Assembly (NCBI GenBank): GCA_964649225.1
Contig: CAZYPO010000006.1
Location: 2,001-66,000, forward strand
DNA: 64,000 bases
Source: an uncultured Gemmatimonas sp.
GTDB taxonomy: Bacteria > Gemmatimonadota > Gemmatimonadetes > Gemmatimonadales > GWC2-71-9
Direction of reading: 5' to 3'
Part shown: piece by piece, positions 43,631 to 53,205 of the stretch
How the letters are laid out: each line of letters starts with the position of its first letter
Position numbering within the stretch: the first letter of the stretch is position 1
Translations under genes and position numbers: made by a program
Notes under the pieces: model-generated
Seen by the model: only the letters and a program-made list of their open reading frames with translations
What the model was told of the DNA's origin: nothing
The model's database searches: none

Positions 43631-44179
43631 ATGGCCTCCGCTCCTTCCCACGCGGCATTCGCCCTGGCGCTGGGCGCGTGTCTCGCTCCGGCCGCCATGC
43701 GACGGCGTACGCTGGTACTGGGCGTAGTACTCGCCGTGCTGCCCGACCTCGATGCGGTCGGCTACTGGCTGGGGGTGCCCACCAGCGCCCTGATCGGGCA
43801 TCGTGGGCTCACCCATTCCCTGGCGTTTGCCCTCGTCGTAGGTCTCGGCGGTGCGCTGCTGCTCGCGAAGCGGGGATTGCCGCCGGAGTTGCATCCACGT
43901 GCCGCGCTGTACCTGGTCCTGGCGATGGTCTCGCACGGGATGCTCGATGGGTGCACCAACGGCGGCCCCGGCATCGCGTTCTTCGCGCCGTTCAGCAACG
44001 CGCGCTATTTCTTCCCGTTCCGGCCCATTGCGGTCTCGCCGATCGGGGTGGAGGGCGTGTTGGGCGAGCGGGGACTGCGGATCCTGGCCAGCGAGGCGCG
44101 CTGGATCCTGCTGCCGTCCGCGCTGCTGGCGGGCGGCGCGATTCTGTTCAGGTCGCGACGCTCAAGCCGCAGGACTTGA
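43631..44179 (+). CDS. membrane-bound metal-dependent hydrolase (DUF457/YdjM family)
   Basis: 182 aa. PDLDAVGY...GHRGLTHSL...HGMLDGCTNGGPGIAFFAPF. Confidence 0.8.
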   Translation: MASAPSHAAFALALGACLAPAAMRRRTLVLGVVLAVLPDLDAVGYWLGVPTSALIGHRGLTHSLAFALVVGLGGALLLAKRGLPPELHPRAALYLVLAMVSHGMLDGCTNGGPGIAFFAPFSNARYFFPFRPIAVSPIGVEGVLGERGLRILASEARWILLPSALLAGGAILFRSRRSSRRT

Positions 44180-44246
44180 CCCACCTCGGGGCCGTTACGT
44201 TTAGCGGGCCGGGATCGCCCCGGCTGGAACGTCCAACGAGGAACCG

Positions 44247-44651
44247 ATGCGTCCACTCTCTCGCTTCGGCAACGCAGTGCTGCTCGCGGCGGCCATCCAC
44301 GCCGACTGGCACCTGGCGCGGGCAGGCCATCATGGCAGCCTGAGCGGCGACTGGGCGCAGCATTGGGTGATGGCGGTTCCCGTCTTTGCGCTGCTCGCCC
44401 ACTTGGTCGAGCGGGAATCGAGCGCCGCACGCTGGCGGGAAAGCGCGTGGGTGATCGTGGGAGGGGCGGTCACGGGGCAGTTGCTCGAGCCGCTGGCGGA
44501 AATGCTGACGGGCGGAATGGGCTGGAGCTGGCTCGTGCAGGGACCGCGCTGGACCGCGTTTGCCGAATTCATGGCGGCCGGTTTCGCCACGTTTCTGCTG
44601 GTCATGGCCTGGAAGTCGCAGAGCGTTGAAGGGCCTCGGAGCGCAGGTTAG
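44247..44651 (+). CDS. hypothetical membrane protein
   Basis: 134 aa. GAGGAA SD. About 4 TM segments. Confidence 0.55.
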   Translation: MRPLSRFGNAVLLAAAIHADWHLARAGHHGSLSGDWAQHWVMAVPVFALLAHLVERESSAARWRESAWVIVGGAVTGQLLEPLAEMLTGGMGWSWLVQGPRWTAFAEFMAAGFATFLLVMAWKSQSVEGPRSAG

Positions 44652-44701
44652 AATTCCAGCGGCCGCGTGGCCGGATTCTGCCCCTTCAAACCGGAGTCGC
44701 C

Positions 44702-44878
44702 ATGTCCAAACGGGAAGAGCAGCGTATCGCCGCCTTGATCAAGAAGAACGCCGCTAAAGTTTCCGGCCCCCGCCCGGACAAGTCGGCGCGATATGACGAT
44801 ACCCTCCGGAAGAAGGCTCCGGAGACGGACGACGAAACCAAGCGCTTCTTCAAGGAAATGAAGCGGAGAGAGTTCTGA
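44702..44878 (+). CDS. small basic protein (58 aa), absent from the ORF track
   Basis: MSKREEQRIAALIKKNAAKVSGPRPDKSARYDDTLRKKAPETDDETKRFFKEMKRREF*. Read by hand. Lys/Glu-rich, locally lower GC. Fills a gap otherwise covered only by antisense shadow ORFs. Confidence 0.5.
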   Translation: MSKREEQRIAALIKKNAAKVSGPRPDKSARYDDTLRKKAPETDDETKRFFKEMKRREF

Positions 44879-44886
44879 GCTCCGGG

Positions 44887-45354
44887 TTGCTCGAGCGGCT
44901 GTTTGCCCACCTTCGCTGGGCGGATAGCCGGACGCTCGCCGCGCTTCGCGCCGCCCCGCCGCCACCGGCCAAGGCCCTCGAGCTCTACGCCCACATCCTC
45001 GGCGCCGAACACGTCTGGCTGGCCCGGCTGCGGCAGCAACCCGCAACCAGCGCGGTCTGGCCCCAACTGAATCTCGACGGATGCAGCGCGCTCGCCGCTG
45101 CGAATCACGCGGGATTCGCGGAGTTCATGGGGACCCTGGACGACGCGGCTCCGGAACGCGAGATCCCTTACACGAACAGCGCTGGTAATTCCTTCACCTC
45201 CAGCGTGAGCGATATCCTGCTGCACGTGGCCCTGCACGGTTGCTATCATCGCGGACAGGTGGGGCTGTTGCTGCGTAGCGCGGGCAGCGAGCCCCAGCCG
45301 ACCGATTATATCGCGTTTGTGCGTGGAGCTCCCGCGGCCACCCGCGCGCCGTGA
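44887..45354 (+). CDS. DinB family protein
   Basis: 155 aa. LFAHLRWADSRTL...HILGAEHVWLARL...HVALHGCYHRGQ. Confidence 0.8.
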   Translation: MLERLFAHLRWADSRTLAALRAAPPPPAKALELYAHILGAEHVWLARLRQQPATSAVWPQLNLDGCSALAAANHAGFAEFMGTLDDAAPEREIPYTNSAGNSFTSSVSDILLHVALHGCYHRGQVGLLLRSAGSEPQPTDYIAFVRGAPAATRAP

Positions 45355-45932
45355 GCTCCGCGCCCGGCCCGCTGGCCTATGCCTTCTGGCACTGGAAGCG
45401 GTCCGAGGTCTCCCTTGCGGTCTATGAGGCCAGGCAGCGCGCCTTTCAGGACGCGCTCGCTGCCGACAAGCCTCCCGGATACCTCGGCGGGACCAGCGTG
45501 CGGCTCACGGGCGCAAGCTGGGCCGCGGACGGAGGCCCCGCCTACGAGGACTGGTATCTCGTCGCGGATATGGCCGCGCTCGAGCGGCTGAATGAAGCCG
45601 CGGTGACGGCGGGGCGGGCGGCACCGCACGACGCCGTGGCCAGTCTGGCCGCCGGGGGAACCGCGGGACTCTACGGCTTGCGTGCCGGCGACCCGCTGGC
45701 GCTTCCGGCCTTCGCGGCCTGGTTCGCGAAGCCCGCCGGTATGAGCTACCCCGCCCTCACCCAGGCCGTCGCTCCACTGATGCGGACCAGTGCGTGCGCC
45801 CTCTGGAGCCGGCGCATGACGCTTGGCCCCACCCCGGAATTCTGTCTGCAAAGCATGACGCCCGTCGAACTGCCCAACGGATTCAACGCTCGGCGCTTTC
45901 CACTCGAGCCGGTCTGGGGCGGAGCCCGTTGA
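45351..45932 (+). CDS. hypothetical protein
   Basis: 193 aa. GTGA overlap with the DinB stop. No family recognised. Confidence 0.6.
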   Translation: MSSAPGPLAYAFWHWKRSEVSLAVYEARQRAFQDALAADKPPGYLGGTSVRLTGASWAADGGPAYEDWYLVADMAALERLNEAAVTAGRAAPHDAVASLAAGGTAGLYGLRAGDPLALPAFAAWFAKPAGMSYPALTQAVAPLMRTSACALWSRRMTLGPTPEFCLQSMTPVELPNGFNARRFPLEPVWGGAR

Positions 45933-46057
45933 GCTCGCCCATCGACCCGGCCGCCCGCTCCGGCGTGCTCTGGCGCTGGCTCGGGCTTCTCGGTCTCCAT
46001 CCTCGACTTCGTGATCTGGTTCGGAATCGGGATGCTCTGGTGGAAGGGGCTCGGCTG

Positions 46058-46729
46058 GTGGTGAGTCCCAAGCGCTCGCTGCTGCCCGATGCGGTCGAGG
46101 CTTACGTCGCGCGCCTGATGACGCGCCAAACGCCGCTGCAGCAGCGCTTGCGAGAGGAAACCGCGGGCCTGCCGCAGGCCGGCATGCAGATCGGGCCGGA
46201 TCAGGCCGCCCTGCTCGCGTTGCTGGTCCGACTGCTCGGCGCCCGCAGCGCCCTCGAGATCGGGACATTCACCGGGTACAGCGCGCTGGCGCTGGCGGCC
46301 GCGCTCCCGGAAGACGGCAGGCTGGTGACCTGCGATGTCAGTGAGGAATGGACCAGCATCGCGCGCCGCTACTGGGAGGCGGCAGGCCTGGCGCGGAAGA
46401 TTGAGCTGCGACTGGGGCCCGCCGGCGAAACGCTGCAACGGCTGCTGGGCGAGCACGGCGCGGGATACTTCGATTTTGCGTTCATCGACGCGGACAAGCC
46501 CGCGTACGACGCCTACTACGAGGCCTGTCTCCGGCTGGTGCGGCCCGGCGGCCTCATCGCCATCGACAACGTGCTCTGGAGCGGCGCAGTGGCCGATCCT
46601 GGGAACCACGAGACCAATACCCAGGCCATTCGCGCGCTCAACCTCAAGATTCGCGATGATCCGCGTGTGGATTCCTGCCTGTTGACTGTAGGCGACGGCG
46701 TAATGCTGGCGCGTCCCCGCTTGCTCTGA
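46058..46729 (+). CDS. class I SAM-dependent O-methyltransferase (caffeoyl-CoA OMT-like)
   Basis: Starts at GTG 46058/46061. ALEIGTFTGYSALALA...FDFAFIDADKPAY...GGLIAIDNVLW. Confidence 0.85.
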   Translation: MVSPKRSLLPDAVEAYVARLMTRQTPLQQRLREETAGLPQAGMQIGPDQAALLALLVRLLGARSALEIGTFTGYSALALAAALPEDGRLVTCDVSEEWTSIARRYWEAAGLARKIELRLGPAGETLQRLLGEHGAGYFDFAFIDADKPAYDAYYEACLRLVRPGGLIAIDNVLWSGAVADPGNHETNTQAIRALNLKIRDDPRVDSCLLTVGDGVMLARPRLL

Positions 46730-46780
46730 GTCGATTCGGGAGCTAGATCACCTCCTTATACCACACTCCCGCTCCCGGAG

Positions 46781-47314
46781 GTGGGAATGAATCGAGCCGC
46801 TTCCCTCACCGCGCCCCCCGAGGCCGGTTATCAGATTCCCGCCGGGGCGGGAATCGGGCATGCGCATCTCAAAGTCAGCAACCTCGAGCGCGCCCTCGAA
46901 TTCTATTGCGGCATCCTCGGCTTCAACCTGGTCGCGAAGTTTCGCAACAGCGCGGCGTTTCTCGCGGCGGGAGACTATCATCACCACCTCGGGCTCAACA
47001 CCTGGGAGAGCCTGGGTGCCTCGCCGCCACCACCGCAGCACACCGGTCTCTATCATGTCGCCATCCGCTATCCCACGCGGCGCGACCTGGCGATCGCGGT
47101 GAAGCGGCTGCGCGAGTCGGCCGTCCCGCTCCGCGGCGCGTCAGATCACGGAGTGAGCGTGTCGATCTATCTCAGCGATCCTGACGGGATTGGACTCGAA
47201 CTGACTTGGGACCGGCCGGTGGCGGAATGGCCCCACACGCCGGAAGGCGGAGTGGAGCTCCGGATGGCCGATCCGTTCGACCTCGAGGCCTTGATCGCCG
47301 AGGCGGTGCCGTGA
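46781..47314 (+). CDS. VOC family protein (extradiol dioxygenase/glyoxalase fold)
   Basis: 177 aa. GGAGGTGGG SD. IGHAHLKVSNLERALEFYCGILGF...HHLGLNTW...LYHVAIRYP...GVSVSIYLSDPDGIGLEL. Confidence 0.85.
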   Translation: MGMNRAASLTAPPEAGYQIPAGAGIGHAHLKVSNLERALEFYCGILGFNLVAKFRNSAAFLAAGDYHHHLGLNTWESLGASPPPPQHTGLYHVAIRYPTRRDLAIAVKRLRESAVPLRGASDHGVSVSIYLSDPDGIGLELTWDRPVAEWPHTPEGGVELRMADPFDLEALIAEAVP

Positions 47315-47796
47315 GCGAGCTGAGCATCGCCCTGATTACCCGCACGCTGCAGCCGCGGCGCGGGCTCGCCTGGCACGGCGGGCCGACGCCCGCGCGCGCC
47401 CTACGTGGGGTGGACGCCGCGCTAGCCCGCTGGCGGCCGCCGCGGGGCGGTCACCCGATCTGGGAGCTGGCCCTGCACATTGCGTATTGGGATTACACGG
47501 TCCGTCGCCGGCTGCTCGGCGTCGCGATTCCGCGCTTCCCACGCAGTCCCGCCAACTGGCCGACGCTGCCGAAGCGGAGCGACGAAGGGGCTTGGGCAGC
47601 CGACCGCGCGCTGGTCGCCAACGAGCATCGTCTGTTGGTCGAGGTCGTGGAGGATTTTCCAGCCAGCCTGCTCGGCCGACGGATGGGGAGCCAAAAGCGC
47701 TGGACCTATGGCGATACGATTCTCGGAATCACCGTGCACGACGCCTACCACGCCGGACAGATTCAGCTGCTCAAGCGCATGGGGCGCCGGGGCTAG
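47311..47796 (+). CDS. DinB family protein
   Basis: GTG 47311 overlaps the upstream TGA. IWELALHIAYWDY...HDAYHAGQIQLLKR. Confidence 0.8.
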   Translation: MSELSIALITRTLQPRRGLAWHGGPTPARALRGVDAALARWRPPRGGHPIWELALHIAYWDYTVRRRLLGVAIPRFPRSPANWPTLPKRSDEGAWAADRALVANEHRLLVEVVEDFPASLLGRRMGSQKRWTYGDTILGITVHDAYHAGQIQLLKRMGRRG

Positions 47797-48022
47797 GCGC
47801 TCGTTCTCCCGCAGCCCGCTTCCGGTGATATTTCCGCGGGGTTTGTTCTTCATACCGAGGCCTTCCGAGTGACCGCGCCCGCCACGACCACGATTTTCGC
47901 TGCTCCGCGCGCGGTGGTCACCAGCTGGCTGGGCTCGCGGCCCGCCGACAGCGCCGAGCGCGCCGACCAAGCCAGCGTTCGCTCCGGTCGACGGCGGAGC
48001 GCGTGATCCGTATCTTTAAGCC

Positions 48023-48301
48023 ATGCCTTCGCTGCTTTCGCTCGGGTCGCTTCGCCGGCAGAAAGAGCTGGTCCACGCCTGCGAGGCGGAGGCCATGGAG
48101 CAGGAGTGGCGACGGGCCTGGCGCCGCGTCTTTGCCCAGTGCATCGGCCTGGCGCTGGCCGGGTACCTGGCGTATGGGTTGAGCTGGAGCTTGAACGGAG
48201 ATGGAGCGATGGTACTGGCCGCGGCGAGCCTGGTGGTGGGTTATGTGCTGCCGCTGTTCCGGCTGCTCGCGTTCTTTCTTCGCCACGCCGATCAGTTCTG
48301 A
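48023..48301 (+). CDS. hypothetical membrane protein
   Basis: 92 aa, two TM helices. TATCTT lies 6 nt upstream of the ATG. Confidence 0.5.
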   Translation: MPSLLSLGSLRRQKELVHACEAEAMEQEWRRAWRRVFAQCIGLALAGYLAYGLSWSLNGDGAMVLAAASLVVGYVLPLFRLLAFFLRHADQF

Positions 48302-48307
48302 GCCGTC

Positions 48308-48676
48308 ATGTACGAGCGTCGCTCCGACCCCCTGTTGCCGCCCCCCCGTTTCCTACGCCGGCTCGGGCTGCATTTGCTCGGCGCGGCGGGCATCATCCTG
48401 ACGTCGCTCGCGCTCGGGACGGTCGGGTATCATGCACTGGGCGAGCAGGCCTGGATCGACGCCTTCCTGAACGCGGCGATGCTGCTGGGCGGGATGGGGC
48501 AGGTGGGCGACCTCCCCACCACCGCTGGAAAACTCTTCGCGGCGGTCTTCGCGCTGTATGCGGGGCTGGTTCTGATCGCGGTGACCACGCTCATCCTGGC
48601 GCCGGTGCTGCACCGGGTGCTTCACTCCGTGCACCTCGAGGACGATGCTGACGTCCCCGCGGGCAGAGAGAGCTGA
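48308..48676 (+). CDS. two-TM ion-channel-like protein with non-canonical pore loop
   Basis: 122 aa. TM1, then WIDAFLNAAMLLGGMGQVGDLPTTAGKLFAAVFALYAGL, which parallels the K+ channel pattern dAlyfs..TltTvGYGDi.P.t..GK.F but lacks TVGYG. Confidence 0.55.
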   Translation: MYERRSDPLLPPPRFLRRLGLHLLGAAGIILTSLALGTVGYHALGEQAWIDAFLNAAMLLGGMGQVGDLPTTAGKLFAAVFALYAGLVLIAVTTLILAPVLHRVLHSVHLEDDADVPAGRES

Positions 48677-48679
48677 TCC

Positions 48680-49087
48680 ATGCGAGCGCTGCCCGCGGTC
48701 CTGCTTTGCCTTGCGCTCGCCTGCGGAAGCCCGACCGAACCGGACCCCACGCTTCAGTTCGAGGGCCGGGTCGTTTTCGGCATCGCGACGCTTCCGGTTA
48801 CCGCGCAGGGTCTGGACGGCGGCATCAAGGTTTCGGGGGTCATCCCGACCCCCACCTCGGATTACACCCTCACCGGACACCTCAGCGCCGTCGGGGGCCG
48901 CAAGCTCATCCTCGAGGTGAGCGTCGACAGCACCCGGGCAGGAGTGCCCTTGCCGGTCCAGATCTACTACGAGGGTAGAATCGGTAACCTGAATAAGGGC
49001 GCCTACGATCTCGAAGTCATTCATACCCTCCACATCGCGGCAACCCAGACGGCGTCGGTCTTTCGCGGAGTGGTCCAGGTCCCGTGA
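48680..49087 (+). CDS. hypothetical lipoprotein
   Basis: 135 aa. Lipobox LALACGS. Confidence 0.6.
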   Translation: MRALPAVLLCLALACGSPTEPDPTLQFEGRVVFGIATLPVTAQGLDGGIKVSGVIPTPTSDYTLTGHLSAVGGRKLILEVSVDSTRAGVPLPVQIYYEGRIGNLNKGAYDLEVIHTLHIAATQTASVFRGVVQVP

Positions 49088-49875
49088 GCCGTCCGGGGTT
49101 TCCTGATCTCTTCTCCCGTGACGCCACAGGGTACGCGAAGTTCCGGCCCCGCTACCCCGCAGCGCTTTTCGAATGGATCGTGGGCTTGCCCGCGCAGCGC
49201 CGGGTCGCGCTGGACTGCGCCACCGGCAACGGGCAGGCCGCGACCGTGCTCGCGAAAAGCTTCGCGCTGGTCCTGGGAGTCGATGCGAGCATGCCGCAGC
49301 TCCGCGTGGCGACCCGCGCCGGCGGCGTCCACTACCTCGGGGCGCTGGCCGAATCGAATCCCCTCCGGTCGGGAGCGGTGGACCTGATCAGCGTTGCCCA
49401 AGCTATCCACTGGCTGGACCGGCCCCGCTTCTTCGCCGAGGTCGAAAGGATCGCGGCCCCCGGTGCTGCGCTGGCGGTCTGGGGCTACGGCAGACTGCGG
49501 GCAGCTCCGGCGATCGATACCCTCATCAATCGCTTTCATGACGAGACCGTCGGTCCCTATTGGTCGACGGAGCGCAGACTCGTCGAGGAAGGCTATGGAG
49601 GATTCGCGATCCCGATCGATGAGGTGGTGGCTCCAGCGCTCGCGATCGAGACCCAGCTGAGCCTGCCGGAGCTACTCGGGTACCTGCGCACCTGGTCGGC
49701 GGTTGGAAAATACCTCGCCGTTAACGGGCACGATCCGGTCGAGCGGCTCGCACCAGAGCTCGCGGGCGTCTGGGGCGACCCGGCCGCGCGCAGGCCGATC
49801 GTCTGGCCCCTCTTCGTGCGCGCGGGTCGCTGGCGCGGAGAGGAGCTCAGTCCTCCAGCACGAACGTCACCTTGA
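49084..49875 (+). CDS. class I SAM-dependent methyltransferase
   Basis: 263 aa. YAKFRPRYP...ALDCATGNGQAA...DLISVAQAIHW. Confidence 0.85.
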   Translation: MSRPGFPDLFSRDATGYAKFRPRYPAALFEWIVGLPAQRRVALDCATGNGQAATVLAKSFALVLGVDASMPQLRVATRAGGVHYLGALAESNPLRSGAVDLISVAQAIHWLDRPRFFAEVERIAAPGAALAVWGYGRLRAAPAIDTLINRFHDETVGPYWSTERRLVEEGYGGFAIPIDEVVAPALAIETQLSLPELLGYLRTWSAVGKYLAVNGHDPVERLAPELAGVWGDPAARRPIVWPLFVRAGRWRGEELSPPARTSP

Positions 49876-50050
49876 GATCGACCCGGTAATCGCGAATCTC
49901 GTTCTTCTCGACATCCACTTTGAAGCCCTTGATCCAGACGCCCTTGATGTTCTTGAGCGTCTTGCCGGCGCGCTTGATTCCCGCGCGAACGGCATCATCG
50001 AAGCTCTTGGTGGACGTGGCGGTGATTTCGGTAACCTTGGCGACGGACAT
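49847..50050 (-). CDS. dodecin family flavin-binding protein
   Basis: Starts at ATG 50050. MSVAKVTEITATSTKSFDDAVRAGIKRAGKTLKNIKGVWIKGFKVDVEKNEIRDYRVDLKVTFVLE. Confidence 0.85.
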   Translation of the reverse strand: MSVAKVTEITATSTKSFDDAVRAGIKRAGKTLKNIKGVWIKGFKVDVEKNEIRDYRVDLKVTFVLED

Positions 50051-50122
50051 GGCGTGCTCCGGGTGGCGAGGAATCAAGGAATCTACCGTGCGGAGACGCC
50101 GCAAGCGCTAGATTCCCGCACC

Positions 50123-52129
50123 ATGATCCCTCTCGTTCTCGCGGCATTCGCATTCGGCATCACGCAGGCTCCCACCGGGCCCCGACATACGCTCATGCCG
50201 ATTCCGGCCTCCGCGACAGGGCGGGTGGGGCGCTTGCGTCTCGACAGCAGCTTCTCGGTCCGGGTGACCGGCGCGCGACGCGACGATCGGCTGGCCCGCG
50301 GGGTCGAGCGCTTCGTGCAGCGCGCCGCCGGCGCGACCGGGCTCATGCTCAACCGCGGTGCCGCCGGCCTCACGCTCTCCGTGGCGGGTCCCGGCGAGCG
50401 GGTGCAGTCGCCGGAGGAGGACGAGAGCTACACGCTGGAAATCACGTCTGGGGGAGCGACCCTACAAGCGCCCACCACGATCGGTGCGCTACGGGGCCTG
50501 GAGACGGTGCTCCAGCTCATCGATTCGGACTCCACGGGCTGGTATTTGCCCTCCGCGCGGATCGAAGATCGCCCGCGCTTTCCCTGGCGCGGGCTGCTCA
50601 TCGACGTCGGCCGCCACTTCGAACCGCCCGAGGTCATCAAGCGACAGCTCGACGGGATGGCCGCGGTCAAGCTCAACGTGCTGCACTGGCATCTCTCGGA
50701 AGACCAGGGCTTCCGGGTGGAGAGCCGGCGCTATCCCCGCCTGCAGCGGTTCGGCTCCGACGGGCTGTACTACACCCAGGGGCAGGTTCGCGAAATCGTC
50801 GCCTACGCGCGCGACCGGGGCATCCGGGTAATGCCGGAGTTCGACCTGCCGGGACATTCCACCGCCTGGTTCGTGGGGTACCCGGCGTACTCGAGCGGGC
50901 CCGGGCCGTACGCGATCGAGCGGCATTTCGGCGTGTTCGTGCCGACCTTCGATCCGACTCGCGCCGAGACCTATCAGTTCCTGGACGGTTTCATTGCCGA
51001 GATGGCGGCACTGTTTCCCGACCCCTACTGGCACATCGGCGGTGACGAGGTCGAGGGCTCGCAGTGGCGCACCAATCCCCGGATCCGCGCCTTCATGCGC
51101 GCGCATCGGCTGGAGAACAACGGCGCTCTGCAGGCCTACTTCAATCGCCGCTTGTCGACCATTCTCACCCGCCACGGGAAGCGGATGGTCGGCTGGGACG
51201 AGATCCTGCATCCGGATCTTCCCCAGAGCACCGTCATTCAATCCTGGCGGGGACAGAATTCGCTGGGCGAGAGCGCCAAGCGCGGCTACCGCGGAATCCT
51301 TTCGGCGGGCTGGTATCTCGACCACATGCGCACCGCCGAGTTCCACTACCTGGTGGACCCGCTTTCGGATCCGAACGGACTCAGCCCGGAAGCGGTGCGC
51401 CGCGTCCTGGGCGGCGAGGCATGCATGTGGGCCGAGCACGTTACTCCCGAGTCGATCGATTCGCGGATCTGGCCGCGGCTCGCGGCGATCGCCGAGCGGC
51501 TCTGGTCGCCCCGCGAGGTGCGCGACGTTCCCGACATGTACCGTCGCCTGGCCGTGATGCGCGGCCGGCTGGAGCTCCTGGGACTTGGCCACGAAGGACA
51601 CACCGCCCGCATGGCGCGCAGGCTGGCCGACGGTCACGACGCCACGGCGCTCACCGCGCTGCTCGAACTGGTCGAACCGGTACGATTCGGGGAACGCGCG
51701 TCGCTGCAGCCGCTGATGCAGCAGACCCCGCTGGTGTTTGTGGTGGATGCCGCGCGGCCGGATCCGCCGGTCCAGTGGAACGCTCGCAAAGCGGCGACCG
51801 CGGCGCTGCTGCTAGGCGAGGAGGCCGCCGCGGCGCGGCGCGGGCTCGATTCCAGTTTCGTGGCCTGGGGCGGGCTCGCGCCGGCACTCGACAGCGTCGG
51901 AACGGAGGTACCGCTGGTGAGGGACGCGCTGCCCGCGGCGCGGGCACTGGTCCGGGTAGCCGCGATCGGGCGCGAGGCGCTGGTCCAGCTGGGACAGGGT
52001 CCCGCCCCGCAGGAGTGGATCAAGGCCAGGCTGGCGGAGCTGGATACACTCACCAAGCCGCAGGGATTGCTGCGGCTCTCTGTTATCCCGGCCGTGCGGC
52101 AGCTGGTGGAGGGCAGCGGCGCCCGGTGA
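50123..52129 (+). CDS. GH20 beta-N-acetylhexosaminidase (secreted)
   Basis: Starts at ATG 50123 with a signal peptide. RPRFPWRGLLIDVGRHF, NVLHWHLSEDQGFR, PEFDLPGHS, HIGGDEV. Confidence 0.9.
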   Translation: MIPLVLAAFAFGITQAPTGPRHTLMPIPASATGRVGRLRLDSSFSVRVTGARRDDRLARGVERFVQRAAGATGLMLNRGAAGLTLSVAGPGERVQSPEEDESYTLEITSGGATLQAPTTIGALRGLETVLQLIDSDSTGWYLPSARIEDRPRFPWRGLLIDVGRHFEPPEVIKRQLDGMAAVKLNVLHWHLSEDQGFRVESRRYPRLQRFGSDGLYYTQGQVREIVAYARDRGIRVMPEFDLPGHSTAWFVGYPAYSSGPGPYAIERHFGVFVPTFDPTRAETYQFLDGFIAEMAALFPDPYWHIGGDEVEGSQWRTNPRIRAFMRAHRLENNGALQAYFNRRLSTILTRHGKRMVGWDEILHPDLPQSTVIQSWRGQNSLGESAKRGYRGILSAGWYLDHMRTAEFHYLVDPLSDPNGLSPEAVRRVLGGEACMWAEHVTPESIDSRIWPRLAAIAERLWSPREVRDVPDMYRRLAVMRGRLELLGLGHEGHTARMARRLADGHDATALTALLELVEPVRFGERASLQPLMQQTPLVFVVDAARPDPPVQWNARKAATAALLLGEEAAAARRGLDSSFVAWGGLAPALDSVGTEVPLVRDALPAARALVRVAAIGREALVQLGQGPAPQEWIKARLAELDTLTKPQGLLRLSVIPAVRQLVEGSGAR

Positions 52130-52554
52130 CCAGCTATTTCGCGTACGGAGCCAACATGGACCCGGTGCACATGGCGGATTGCTGTCCCCAGGCGACCCGT
52201 CTTGGCCTTGCGGTGTTGCCGGGGCGGAGCTTTCGCATCGCGGCAACGGGATATGGGGACGCTCCCCTCGCGGCCGGCGGCGAGCTGCACGGAGTGCTCT
52301 GGGAGCTCTCGCCCAGCGACGAAGCCGCGCTCGACGCGTTCGAGGGGGTGCCGAACGGACTCTACCGCAAGGAATGCGCGGCCGTCCGGGATCGTACCGG
52401 CCGGCAGGTCACCGCCATGCTGTATCGCGCCGCCGATGCGGCGGCCGGGCTTCCGGTGCCGGGATACCTGGAGCGCATCATCGAGGTGGCGGAAGATCTG
52501 GGGTTTCCCGCCGGCTACGTGGAGAGCCTGCGGCGCTGCCTGACCGCGGGTTAG
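52126..52554 (+). CDS. gamma-glutamylcyclotransferase (AIG2/GGCT-like) family protein
   Basis: GTG 52126 overlaps the GH20 stop. YFAYGANM...GVLWEL...LDAFEG...YRK. Confidence 0.8.
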   Translation: MTSYFAYGANMDPVHMADCCPQATRLGLAVLPGRSFRIAATGYGDAPLAAGGELHGVLWELSPSDEAALDAFEGVPNGLYRKECAAVRDRTGRQVTAMLYRAADAAAGLPVPGYLERIIEVAEDLGFPAGYVESLRRCLTAG

Positions 52555-52689
52555 GCCTGTCCACCGGCACCCACAGCCTGGCCTGGGGTGAGGGGCGGCT
52601 GCTTCGATTTGCTACGGGTTCGCACCAGCGACTCGGCTGCGTCGCGCTCCGCGATTCCTCCCGTCGCTCTGAGCGCCCATATTGCGGGT

Positions 52690-53205
52690 ATGTCGGCGCC
52701 TCCTTCCCTCTCCCGCCTCGCCAGGAAAGCACGCTGGTTCTGGCCGGTTTTCGGCACCGTCGTCCTGGCGGACTGCTCGACCAAGCGATGGATTGTTTCG
52801 TCGCTGAGCGGCGACCCCGGGCCGCATCCCCTGCTCGGAGACCTGCTGCAGCTGACGCTGGCCTACAATCCCGACGCCGCGATGAGCCTGTCGTTCGGAA
52901 GCGCCTCGCGGCTGGTTTTTTGCGGGGTCGCGCTAGTCGCGCTGCTCGTGCTGTTCCGGCTCTATCACCGCACTCCCTCCAACGCGGTTATGCGGGCCGT
53001 GGCGCTTGCACTGGTGGCGGGGGGCGCGCTCGGCAACCTGCTGGATCGGATGCGCTCGGCGCGCGGCGTGGTCGATTTCATCGATATCGGCGTGGGGCAG
53101 TCGCGCTTCTGGACCTTCAACCTCGCCGACATGGGCGTCACGGTGGGGGCGCTGCTCCTGGCCGTGGTCCTGTGGCGCGAGGATCGGGCACAGCGCGTGA
53201 CATGA
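52690..53205 (+). CDS. lspA: signal peptidase II (lipoprotein signal peptidase)
   Basis: Starts at ATG 52690. LADCSTKRW...LTLAYNPDAAMS...GGALGNLLDR...VVDFIDIG...FNLADMGV. Confidence 0.85.
   Translation: MSAPPSLSRLARKARWFWPVFGTVVLADCSTKRWIVSSLSGDPGPHPLLGDLLQLTLAYNPDAAMSLSFGSASRLVFCGVALVALLVLFRLYHRTPSNAVMRAVALALVAGGALGNLLDRMRSARGVVDFIDIGVGQSRFWTFNLADMGVTVGALLLAVVLWREDRAQRVT

Noticed and set aside
39580-46268. Long ORFs at 39580..40677(-), 42616..44343(+), 42965..43936(-) and 45306..46268(-)
   Set aside because: Each is antisense to, or out of frame with, well-supported family-assignable genes (creatininase, AKR, DUF457, DinB). Their translations are Arg/Pro/Gly-rich with no motifs.
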